Assembly: GCA_964016885.1 (NCBI GenBank)
Contig: OZ024741.1
Span: forward strand, 119,474,001 to 119,538,000
Reading direction: 5' to 3'
DNA from: Eledone cirrhosa
Taxonomy: Eukaryota
DNA: 64,000 nt
The position numbers and the translations under genes are program-made. Below are positions 1 to 12,700 of the stretch, piece by piece. The notes under the pieces were generated by a model that did no database searches, had not been told where the DNA came from, and saw only the letters and a program-made list of their open reading frames with translations. The first letter of the stretch is position 1; each line of letters opens with the position of its first letter.

Positions 1-226
1 GTTGCCATTTTAACACCGTTGCTGAGATCCAGAGCAAATCGCAGAAGTTCCTCGACTCGCTTACGGAAAACGACTTCCAGGCCGGATTCCAAAAGTGGCA
101 AGAATGCTGGGACTGATGTATTGCTGCACAAGGTGACTATTTCGAAGGACATGATGTTAAAACTTAAATAAATGTATTATTTTATTTTAAACATAACTAG
201 TCCGGGAACTTTTTGATACCACCTCG
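1..226 (+). mobile_element. mariner transposon 3' end, inactive
   Basis: FQAGFQKWQECWD*CIAAQGDYFEG C-terminus with an internal stop, then terminal sequence ...ctttttgataccacctcg followed by TA. Confidence 0.88.
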
Positions 227-286
227 TACATACAAAATGTACAACACAAGATGTACAATACATACATAAAGATGATCAATACATAC

Positions 287-370
287 TATTGCTTGGCTTC
301 ACCAATTTACGAGTAGACATGTTGTCCACAAGGAAGAAACGTCTGGTTAAAATCCACTTGTCCACACTTC
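287..370 (-). CDS. TMEM67: TMEM67 exon 12 (GSVDKWILTRRFFLVDNMSTRKLVKPSN)
   Basis: attttcag| ... |gtatgt, 84 nt; in-frame TGA shortly after forces a donor here. Confidence 0.9.
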
Positions 371-3300
371 CTGAAAATACAACAATAACTCTATGCACTC
401 TGTAAAGTAGTAGAGCTGGTACTACGATATAATGCACCCAGTACACTCTGAAAAGTGGTTTGCATTATGAGGGACACCCATAATAGAACCCATGCCAAAA
501 TGGAATATATGAACATGATTATCTGTCCTGTCATAGTCTCAGAATAGCCCAGGTTAATAACAGTAAGATGTGGCACAGGCTAAATAACAAGAGGATGTGG
601 CCCAGGTTAAATAACAAGAGGATGTGGCCCAGGTTGAATAACAACAGGATGTGGCCCAGGTTAAATAACAAGAGGATGTGGCCCAAGTTGAATAACAACA
701 GGATGTGATGCCTGCTAAATAACAAGATCAGGGCCCGGCTAAATAACAAGACGGATGGGGATGGGTGGGGGTACACACACACATAAAAACTCAAAACAGA
801 CCTTTGTTGACTCTGTGATTATTTTCTCCAATGAAATTTTCAATGGCAACTGGAATGGCATAAAGCCGCTTCTCTCCTTTAAAAACGTACTGAATATCTC
901 AATAGATTAAAGAAATATAATTAAAACAAAAAACAGACTGCTTTCTGGCCCTGGTGGGAAACAGCCTCTCTCAAAATTAAAGGAAGGTGAATTTTTTTTT
1001 TTTGAGAGAGAGAGATAAGAGAGTATCAGATACCTACAGGCCTCTCTTTAGTTCTCCAGATCCTGGATCAGTATGCCTCTTAAATGTGATGAGGATATGG
1101 CGCACCTATTTAAAACTGGGGTACAAGTGTTTTATAGTCATTTTCTCTTGCTGACACGATGATGGGCTTCATAATCTTAATGGGGTCCTTTCTGAAGTAG
1201 TGTGATTGGAAAGCCTTCCTGGTACTAACACTTTTAGTCACATCTAACGACACACAAGGATATGGTGTACCAATTTAAAATTGAGATATAAACATTGATT
1301 TGTATATGTAGTGCTGGTACCACAATAAAATGTAGCCAGCCTAATCAATAAAGTGGCAATGCTGGTGCCATGATAAAAAGCACCCAGTCCACTCTGAAAG
1401 TTGGTGGTGCTTCAATCACAATAACATGTTCCAAGTACGCACTGTAAAATGTTTAATATTAGAAAGAGCATCCAGCTGTAGAGACCAACCCAAAAATGGA
1501 GCATACAAGCAGGACATAATCACCTGTGTAGCTTCAATGCATGGAAAATAGACGTTAAACACGGATGATGATGATACAAACATTAAAATGTATATGTAAC
1601 AGCAATCACTAATAATGCTAGTAAAAGCAAAATATTAAACTAAAGAATGACAATATCATTGAGAGGGTTGTAAATATTTACAACATCAGTTTATGACAGA
1701 ACTATAATATCAAGAGAACAGGACAGCAAATATATTAATATAACTTTCTTTCAATCAAGATTTCCCGACCATGCAAGACATAAAAGATAAATTATACCAA
1801 TGGCTTCAAAAGTGAGCAATACTGCTACTTCGGAGACAGGGGAATTTATCTAGTAAGTCTCTTTTGTCAAAGAATGCTGGGTAATCTAGTTTGGAATAGA
1901 TACTCCATATCCCATCAAATTGTACTTGCATGGATGAACTGAGGGAGAAACTGGGTTTAAGAGGAATCAGAAGTAGTGTGCAAGAGAGGAGACTGCATCG
2001 GTATGGACATATAATGCACATGGATGATGATTGCTGAGTGAAGAAGTGCCAAATAATCCCAGTGGAAGAAAGCTGCAGTAAAGGAAGACAAAGGAAGACC
2101 TGGATGGAGTGGTGAGAGCTGATTTCAGATAGTTAAAGCTCATGGAGATGACAAAGGAATGTGACAAGTGGAGGGATGTACTGAAAAGGACCCATCTAAC
2201 CCATGCAAGCATGGAACAACAGATGTAAAATGATGGTATTGATGAACGAGATGAGTAAAAAGTTAGCCCCAAGAAAGGTACCTGGTTGCAAAAAATTGCC
2301 TCAAGAAAGACCCCAGGATGAGAATGGAGCTTGTCATGGCGCCTGTAAGGCTAACACCTCTTTAGCAGGGAAATTGGCCTTAAAACATTTGTAGTAGTCT
2401 CTTTAGCTTAAGCCCTCTTGCTCCATATGGAGCATCGGGCAATGAAAGTGTGCTACTCCCAGCACAATTGCAAGCCCTGCCATGAGCCTGCTCCCTCCAA
2501 GGCCAGGCCTTTGTCTTCCTCCTCAGACCTCAACCAGGTCTGCCACGCCTCCTATGCCCACCATCACCTACAGCTCCCTCCCTCTGCCTCTGGTTTTCAT
2601 TCATGCTAAGAGTAACATAGTTACTAAGCTAAATGTGGCATCTAGGGTTTATTTAAATCTTCTATATAGTAATAATTTAAAAAATAATAATAATAATTGT
2701 TTCTACTTTTGGCACAAGGCCAGCAATTACCTAGTACATTACTGGTACTTTATTTTATCGACTCCGTAAGGATGAAAGGCAAAGTTAACCTCGGCGGGAT
2801 TTGAACTCAGACCATAAAGAGACGTAACTATGCTGGAAAGCATGGCGTCCGACTCTCTACGAATACTGCCAATTCACCGCCCCTCTATATAGTAATAATA
2901 ATAATGGTTTCTGATTTAGGCACAAGGCCAACAATTTTTTTGGAAGGAAGAAAGTCGATTAAATCGACTCCAATACGTACTTTATTTTATTGACCACGTA
3001 AGGATGAAAGACAAAGTTAACCTCAGCAGGATGTGAAATCAGAACGTAAAGGGGAGTAACTCTATGCTACGAAGTATGGTGTCCGGCGCTGTACTGATAG
3101 TAATAATTATGTCTTAACTTATTGAAATATAAAAATAATTACAGGTGCAATATTGAGCCAGTTCATGAGCCTGTATATAGCAGCTCCTACACTAATGCAA
3201 CTGAATATAAATATTTGAAAAAACTGATGATTCCCAGATGGATCCTGAGAATTCAACAAAGGATACAAAGATCATAGAAAACCAAAGGGTATGTGTGGTT

Positions 3301-6300
3301 GTCAAAAAGGTCCTTTACATCAAGATAACACTGAAAAGAAAAAAAATTAAAAGGGTCAGTTTTACAAGAAAAGAAGCCAATCCTACAAATCGGGACCAAA
3401 GAAACAATGTCACTATTGGTTTATCCATTGCTCATACTACTGCATGGCTGAATGGTTAAGAAGTTTGCTTTGAAATCATTAGGTCCCAGGTTCAATCCCA
3501 CTGGGCAAGTGTCATTTACCATGGCCTTGTAAGGTGGTAGTGTTGGATTCACAATAAACTACTCCCAGTACACACTGTAAAATGGTTGGTGTTACAAGGA
3601 GAGGGTGGCATCCAGCCATAGAAAACAAGCCTAAAATAGAGCATTCGGTCAAGACATGGTCAGCTGATTAGTCTAGCCTAAGTATGGGACAAGCTGTCTC
3701 ACTAGTGCAAACATAGAAAACAGACGTTAAACAATGGTGGTGGTGACGATGATAATGAATGAGGTACATAACTGAAAAACAGTTTTTATACCGAGCTTGA
3801 GTAGGTGGTTCCAAACGTCCATACTGCATCCATTCTCACTTGGTTCATCTTACATAGCTGCAAAAGACCTCCCTTGACACTCTTCATACCAAGGTAATGA
3901 CCTTCAAATGAATACATTGCAGCAATAAAGTTAAAATCCATAGGGGGCTTCACAGTGAACTCAATGGGTAAATTAGGGCTATTCAAGACATTCAATGTTT
4001 CAGCAGAATAATATAGCCATGGCATATTATAGGGCCTGCAAAAAAAAACAATAATAATCAATATTAAATTACCTAAGAGACCATCTTAATCAGAGAAAAA
4101 CAACACATTACCAGTTCATCTCCTTTTTTTTACCATATTTCACATGATACACACTGTATTTCAATTAATTAATGAAGAATTTATGAAGGTGAATGGCTTA
4201 GAGGTAAGAACGTTAGGCTTTCAATCATGAGGTTCGGTCCTGAATTGAGTCATGCAATGTGTTCTTGAGCAAGACACTTTATTTCATGTTGCTCCAGTTT
4301 ACTCAGTTGTAAAAATGAGTTGTGATGTCACTGGTGCCAAGCTGTATCAGCCTTTGCCTTTCCCTTGAACAACATTGCTGGCATGGAGAGGGGAGACTGG
4401 TATGCATGGGTTACTGCTGGCCTTCCACAAACAACCTGTTCAGACTTGTGCCTCGGAGGGGAACTTTCTAAGTGCAAATCCCATGGTCATTTGTGACCAA
4501 AAGAGGTCTTTACCCCTTAGTGAAGAATTTGGAAGGATTCACTCAAATTGTTAATTACTATGTCCTTAAAATGTTTGTTGTGGTTGTATTTCATTATTAC
4601 GATGGCAACACAGCCCAGTGGATTGAGAGGTTTGATAGAGCATTGGACAAATACTTCTCTGCTTTTGTTTAAGCTCTTTACATTTTGAGTTCAAATGTTG
4701 TCAAGATCAACAAAGTACCAGTCAAGTACTAGGATCAATATAATTGACTTTCCTTTTCCTCTAAATTGCTGACCTTGTGCCAATGTTAGAAAGCATTATT
4801 ATTAATTTCCTTATTATTGTTGTTATAGGGTGATGGATTGGTAGTATCAGTAGAGCATCGGACAATATGCTCGGTGATATAGTTTTGACCCTTTATGTTC
4901 AAATCCCGCAGAGATTAGCTTTGCCTTTCATTCTTAATGGGGTCAATAAAATAAAGTACCAGTAACACACTGGAGTCGATTTAATCAACTTTCCCTACTC
5001 GAAAATTGTTGGCCTTGTGCTTAAATTATAAACCATTGTTAGTCATCATTGCATTACAGAGCACAGCTCTGTACACTTTGTGTATGTACAGTGTGGTGTT
5101 TGGTGCTGTTGTCTCTATTGTATTGCGAGTACATACGTGTGCAATGCCTAGTAGTGCTATCTTTTGTATGCTGTATATATTTGTAAGTCCTGGGATTGGT
5201 TTGGGTTATGTATTTGTCTCTGTGTTTTTTTTTATCATTCCCAGAGCACCTATTATTATAGGTATTGTTTCTGTTTTCGTCATCCTCAGTTAGGTTATTT
5301 CTATCTTTAGATCTTTATATTTGGATAATTTATCCATTTCCTTAGTAAATATATTTTCATCTGTGGGGATTTATACATCAATTAGAAGTCATGTTTTTCT
5401 TTGTGTTATTTGTGTGTATTGTTATACCCCAGAGTGTGGTTGCTTTATCATTCTCTGACACCTTTTCTGGTGTGTATCTGTACCATCGTTTTTCTGTTGG
5501 TATTTCATAGTGTTGTCATAACTTCCAATGTATGTAAATCCTAACTCTATCATGTCTATGGATATATTCCTTTTTGGCTAAGACTGTGCATCATCATCAT
5601 CATCATCGTTTAACGTCCATCTTCCACGCTTGCATGGGTTTGGACGGGATTTTCCCACTTGAGGCAAGATTAGTTGTCTTGCTCGTATAGGACTGTCTGG
5701 TGGGTTTTCTACGGCTGGATGCCCTTCCTAACACCAACCACGTTTACAGTGTGGACTGGGAGGTTTTTACTGTGTTACCTACACGGCCACATTACAGCGT
5801 GGACTGTGTGTTTTTTTTTTCGTGACACCTACACGACCTCATTTATTTCGGACTGGATGTTGTGGTACCAACATAACATTACATCATCGAAAAGGGTGGT
5901 GTAGATGGGGTGGGAGCGGTGGGACGGGGGTGTATTTTTGTTAGAGGTGCCTACTGACTGTAGGTTTCGCTTTGTACTTAGGCAAGGTGGGTCTTCTGTA
6001 TTACTGTATAGCGCCAAAGATCTCGGTCCAGTGACATTGCCTTGGAGAGGTGTAAGTGTGTGAGGTCGGAATTTATCAAGTCATCCCAGGTTTTTCTGGG
6101 TCTGCCTACTCCGTGGCTACCGTCTATTTTTATCGCCCTGCACTTTTTTATACAGCTGTCGTCTGAGACATAATGCTCGAGGTCTACTCCTGGGTCTCCT
6201 ACCAACTGGTTTTACCCGTAAAACTCTCCAACAATTATTTCCTAAGACGTTCTGACCACATGTCTGTAGTATCGGAGCTGAAATCTCTCAATAAAATACA

Positions 6301-9300
6301 TCCAGGCCACTCTGCAAAATAAGGCCACTATATATAAATTTCTGCGATTCTGTCACAACACGTAAAGAGAGAGGAGTAGTTTGACTACCTCCTCTTTACA
6401 TCTACTGCCTGTGTGTAGAAGGAAGGAAGGGGTTGGTGAAAAAAATACTCTGTGTGTGAGTGTATGTGTGTGTTTGTGTGAATGTATGTCTGTGAGTGTG
6501 TATTTTTGTAAGTGTGTCTGTTTGCGCGTTCATATTTATATACTCATACATATAAATGTATGCATATGCACATACACACACTCACACACACATATACACA
6601 TATGCGTCAGAGTATGGAAAAGAATTCTAGTGACTAAAACCAGGAAGAAAAGTAAAAAAAACTACTTACCAATCAGTGATATCATATTCTTCATTAATAG
6701 GTGGCTTTGCCAGTTTTGACAAGTTTCGAAAAATAGTACAGGCCTGATTTTGTGGGTTTATTTTTTGCATCATATAGGTTGTATAGAGCAGAACACACAT
6801 GTTGCCCAAATTTTGACAAGCTGTGCTGTTTAAATATCTGGCCTATTAATAAAGAGAAATTATGAAGGTAATAAAAAAGATTAATAAATAAATCTATCTC
6901 AAGAAAACATTAACTGACATACAGTTTGGGTCCTCTAACACCTGATGGAATCATAGTGACCATAGTAGCATATAGCATTTCTTGGGCATTTTAAGCCTGG
7001 CAAAGCCCATCCCTCTCCAGGTCTGCACATAGTAGATTTCTTCCAGAGAAAATTAGAAAGTGAAGGAGAGGAAGTGAAGAAAGATTACTTATATAGAGAA
7101 AAAATTGACCCCAGTACTAGACAGGTACTTATTTTTTATCAACCTAGAAAAAATGAAAGGCAGGAATTAATACCACAAAGCATTCTATCCAACGTTCTAA
7201 TGACTCTGCCAATTCACTGCTTAACTGATATATCTGTAGGAATTGAAGGTACAGGCACATTATTTATTATTTGATTAATTATTACCTTGCCAAATAAATG
7301 TGTCATGTAAATTAGACTGGCCATTTCAGTTAAGTTCCACACCTTGCTTGAGATATATAGTATTACTATAAATAGGTTGGAAGAACTCTTCAACTGAGTC
7401 AAAGATATGACAGCCTCCCTAGTGCTGGTGTCATGATAAAATCCACTTAGTAGAGCATCAAAACATTTTGTAAGCAAGATGCAGGCCCCTGGTCCACCTG
7501 AGCACTCAATAGGCTGTGAGTACATAAGTGAGATTCTGGCCCCTGGCCCATCACCTGTCCAACCCTTGCTAGCAGGGAAAATGTATGTTAAATGATGATG
7601 ATGGTGATTATGATGATAAAGATCTCTTTTAGGCAGAATCATAGGGATAGTTATCTTCTGATGAGAATACAATTATCTCTGAAATCCATAAAGATAATGT
7701 CTTGTTTTTCTGTATAAAGGGGGAATAGTGGAAAGTATTTATATTTCATTCTTTTCACAGTGAAGCTTCTAATTCAAAAACTGCTTCTAATTCAATTTAC
7801 CTTAAATGTTCTTATATATGACGTGTTTTAGCATGAGTATTTATTATGTATCAAATTACATACAAACCTGACACATCCCATATGAAATTATAAGATTGTC
7901 TTTAAAGAGAGGAGAATCCACCAAATCATCATTCTGAAAAAAAAAAGAATATGTGAAGACAATATTTAATTAAACTGATGCTGAACTATAATTATTAAGC
8001 ATTTAAGAATTAAAAGAATTGCTGAAACAACCAAGTTCAACACATTAACAGGATTGAGAAATTAACCCATTCAATGGTCAACTAGTGCCATAATAAAAAG
8101 CACCCAGTCCACTGTGTAAGGTGGTAGTACTGATGCCACAATAAAAAGCACCCAGTCCACTCTGTAAGGTGGTACTGATGCCACAATAAAAAGCACCCAG
8201 TCCACTGTGTAAGGTGGTACTGATGCCACAATAAAAAGCACCTAGTCCACTCTGTAAGGTGGTAATACTGATGCCACAATAAAAAGCACCTAGTCCACTC
8301 TGTAAGGTGGTAATACTGATGCCACAATAAAAAGCACCCAGTCCACTCTGTAAGGTGGTAATACTGATTCCACAATAAAAAGCACCCAGTCCACTCTGTA
8401 AGGTGGTACTGATGCCACAATAAAAAGCACCCAGTCCACTTTGTAAGGTGGTACTGATGCCACAATAAAAAGCACCCAGTCCACTCTGTAAGGTGGTACT
8501 GATGCCACAATAAAAAGCACCCAGTCCACTTTGTAAGGTGGTAATACTGATTCCACAATAAAAAGCACCCAGTCCACTGTGTAAGGTGGTACTGATGCCA
8601 CAATAAAAAGCACCTAGTCCACTCTGTAAGGTGGTAATACTGATGCCACAATAAAAAGCACCCAGTCTACCCTATAAGATGGTGATGCTGGCGCCACGAA
8701 AAAAGCTCCCAGTACATGCAGTAAAGTGATTGACGTTAAGAAGGGCAACCAACCATAGAAAATCGAGCCAAAGACAGAGCATAGAAGCAAGACACAGACA
8801 TTTGATTTTCCTGGCTGGACCCATAACATGACAACCCATGTAAGCATGGAAAATAGATACTAAACAATAATGATGTTCTTATGCCAACAATTAATTTGGA
8901 AAATAATTTTTTTTTAAATTGAACAAAGTTAGAATAACTTTTTTGATGATAAACTGATGTTTGGAACATTACTTAAAAAGTTTTAACATAAAAGTATGAT
9001 TGAAGGCTTTAACCCTTTAGCATTTACATTACTCTATATTTACTATTGTATTTTCATTGTAAAGGCTTTACCTCACATAATTATCTCATATAATATTGAA
9101 TCTATAAGATTTTGATATTACTTATTTTGAGAACAGTACCTTAACATCAGTATGAGCGGGTAGTTACAGCCGATTTGAACAGAAAGAGGTGAGAAAATTC
9201 TGGCTGGATATGGCCGTTCTAAATGCTAAAGGGTTAATATAAGTATGAACACTTTATAACAAGTAGTTTTAAATCTTAAAACAAAGGATGATTTCGAGCA

Positions 9301-9685
9301 AGTGAATTTGGTAGCCAGAAACTGTAAGGATACTCATTGTTTATGCCATCATCATCATCCCCACCACCATTTAGTGGCTATTTTCCATGTTTGCATGAGT
9401 CGACAAACTATCACATACTAAGGCCAGACTGGTCAGGAGGGTATGTCGTGCTCAGACACTCCTTTTTTGGCTTGATTTAACACATACTTTATAGCATGTA
9501 CTGGTGCATTTTGTAAAAGCACCAGCACTACCACATTACAAGATGGACTGGGTGCATTTTATCGTCCAACCCTATCACCCAATACTAAATGATGATGATG
9601 ATGATGTATATATAAATGTGTGTGAATGTGTCTTTCTTCTCTTCTCTTCACATTCAACATGGCAGTTGGTGATGATAATGATGGA

Positions 9686-9730
<45 letters not shown>

Positions 9731-12700
9731 GGTGGTGGTGGTGGTGTTGATTCTGTTTCAAATTATGTTGAAACAATTCTTTCTTCACAAAATTGGATGC
9801 TGTAAAATCAGGAATTATAAATTGAAAAAAAAAAATGAAAAGTATTATCACTTACATTTAAGGTTATATAGTAGGATGCCTTTCGTAAAATGTCACTTCT
9901 TTTTTGGAAGCAAAAACCTGCAGCCTAAAGAAAAATTTAAACATCAGCAGAATATTCCAGAATGATTTCCTCATTCTTGACTTAATATGGAATTCATAAA
10001 ACATAATGAAATGTAAGATAACAGAAATGGCGGTGAATTAGCAGAGTCATTAGAATGTCAGATAGAATGCTTTGCATTATTTGTTTCAGCTCTCTGAGTT
10101 CAAATCCTGCCAGGGTCAACTTTGCCTTTCATCCCTTTGAGGTAGATAAAAAAGTACTAGTCTCGTACTGGGTTGATTGTCCTCTATATCTCTTTCTTTC
10201 TTCCTCTCTCTCACTATCTATCCTTCTTTGTGAAGAAATCTGTTGTGTTTAGACCTGGAGAGGGATGGGCTCTGCCAAGCTTAAAATGTCCAAGAAATGC
10301 TGTATGCCATTATGGTGCCCCTACAACTCCATAAAGAGTTATTAAAAGAAATAGGGAAAGTGGAGTGTAAATTTTTCACCCTTGGTTATACAGCATATTT
10401 TAGTTAAGCCACATAGTGGACAAGATGGTGAAAACATTGCCACAAAAAACAGCCAGCAATATACAACTACATCAGCCATTCCATCTCATGAGGCTTCTTC
10501 CAGAAGTATGATGATATTGTCCCGGTTTGGTAGAAGAATATTGCAATCAGAAGAACTGAGGAGACTGAAAGTCTCAACAGTGGCCATCGCAATTTAATGT
10601 GTTTTCTTATATCATCATCATCATCATCGTCATTTAACGTCTATCTTCCACGCTAGCATGGGTTTAGACGGGAATTGTCCCACTTGAGGCAAGATTGGTT
10701 GTCTTGCTCGTATAGGACTGTCTGGCAGGTTTTCTACGGCGTGGATGCCCTTCTTAACACCAACCACGTTTACAGTGTGGACTGGGAGGTTTTTACCGTT
10801 TTTTGTCGTGACACCTACACGACCTCATTTATTTAGAACTGGATGTTGTGGCACCACATAACTTTAGGTGTAGATGGGGGTGTGGGTAAGGGTAGTGAGG
10901 TGGGGGTGTATTTTTGGTTAGGAGGTGCCTACTGACTGTAGGTTTCGCTTTGTACTTAGGCAAAAGTCTGTAAGGTCGGAATTTATCAAATTGTCCCAGG
11001 TTTTTCTGGGTCTACCTACTCCGTAGCTTCCGTCTATTTTAATTGCCCTGCACTTTTTTATACAGCTGTCGTCTTTCATGCGCATCACGTGACCATACCA
11101 ACGTAGTCTTCTCTCGAGTAAACAGCATCTGATCCCTCTTATTCCTAATTTCTCACTTAGTTCATTTATACTTTGCCGTTCACGTATATTACTATTACAC
11201 ATCCAATGGAGCATGCAAGCTTCGTTCCTCTCCAGTCTGCGCAGATCCTCTGCACACAATGCCCATGTCTCACTGCCATGTAACATTGCTGTCCGTATGC
11301 AGGCATCATACAGTCTGCCTTTCATTTTTAGGGAGAAACCTTTAGCGGCCAATAGTGGTATAAGCTCTCTGAACTTTTTCCATCCCGTTCTGACTCTAGC
11401 TACTGTACTTTCAGAGTACCCACCAACACTGCTGATTTTGTCACCCAGGTAACGGAAGCTGTCCACTATTTCTATAGAACCATCTGGGCAATAAAGGAGC
11501 TAGTATCCTGTGGGCACTTGCTACTACTTATTGCACCTGAGCACCAGCCACATATAAAATCTATGTTCTTGGTTAGTTTACCTGTGATCCCACTACATCC
11601 TTTATGCACCCATACTTTGCATTTGGGACATAAAATGGAGTTTCTGCCTACTCTTTTCCTACACACTGAGCATGGCCATTTCCCAGAGGGGACCAGTGCC
11701 CTATTTTCCTTCCTACATACTAGAACTTTAGTCTTAGACGAGATAATTTTAAGGCCTTTTGATTCTAGGCCATGCTTCCAAGTTTGGAATTTCTTCTCTA
11801 GTTCAGCCATTGATTCAGCTATGAGCGTTAGATCATCTGCGTATAGAAGTTCCCATGGACAGCCGGTCTTGAACTCCTCTGTTATAGCCTGAAGGGCAAT
11901 AATAAATAGGAGGGGGTTAAGGACAGAGCCCTGATGAACACCGACTTTTACGCTAAATTCTTCACTATATTCGTTGTTAATTCTAACCTTGCTGACTGTT
12001 TCTTTATACATGGCTTGTATAGCTCTTACGAGCCATTCATCAATACCTAATTTTCTAAGAGCCCACCAGATAATGGAGCAGGGGACTCTGTCAAAGGCTT
12101 TCTCCAAGTCAACAAAAGCTAAGTATAGGGGTTTACTTTTAGCTAGGTACTTCTCCTGTAGTTATCGTACAAGGAAAAGTGCGTCTGTGGTACTTTTACT
12201 TGACACAAACCCAAACTGCATTTCATCTAGATCAATTCGCTCTCTGATTATAACTCTTTCTGTGACCTTCATGACCTGGTCAATTAATTTAATGTCTCTA
12301 TAGTTTCCCCCTGTCTAAGGCACCTCCTTTACCTTTGTAGCAGTTAATGATGATGTTGTTACGCCAGTCATTTGGTATAACCCCATTCTGTATGACTTGG
12401 TTTACTGTCCAGGAGACCATAGTGTGTCCCACCGATCCAGATGCTTTCAGCATTTCAGCAACTATCTCCGAAGGCCCAGCTGCTTTGCCTGTCTTCATCT
12501 CTTTGATTGCCTTACTTATTATACTACCTTCAACTTGCACTGCTGGTCCCTCTATTGGATCGATTTGGGGCAGACTATCTTTTTTCCACTTATTCTCCTC
12601 ATTTAGTAACCTCTCGTAGTGACACTTCCAAGCTTATCAGTATCAGTGACAGCAAGTATATCATCATCATTACGTACACACTTCTCCCCGACAATATCCC

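Larger units (their letters stand above)
898..3266 (-). other. U12-type (minor spliceosome) GT-AG intron 10 of TMEM67
   Basis: 5'ss GTATCCTTT at 3266-3258; branch-like TTTCTTTAATC at 915-905; no polypyrimidine tract; 3'ss GAG. Confidence 0.85.

Noticed and set aside
531-794. Leu-rich repeat ORF
   Set aside because: Translation of a 27-bp minisatellite inside intron 11.
1806-1880. Possible TMEM67 exon (DKRDLLDKFP)
   Set aside because: Exons 3267-3330 and 802-897 already join in frame and rebuild FYDLY; no room or good splice sites for this segment.
8082-8651. CRISPR-like array or repetitive 189-aa protein
   Set aside because: No unique spacers, no cas genes, eukaryotic intron; ORFs stay open only because units are 45/48 bp.
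9504-9965. Poly-Met/Val and poly-His ORFs
   Set aside because: Microsatellite translation; the real exon here is 9856-9924 on the minus strand.
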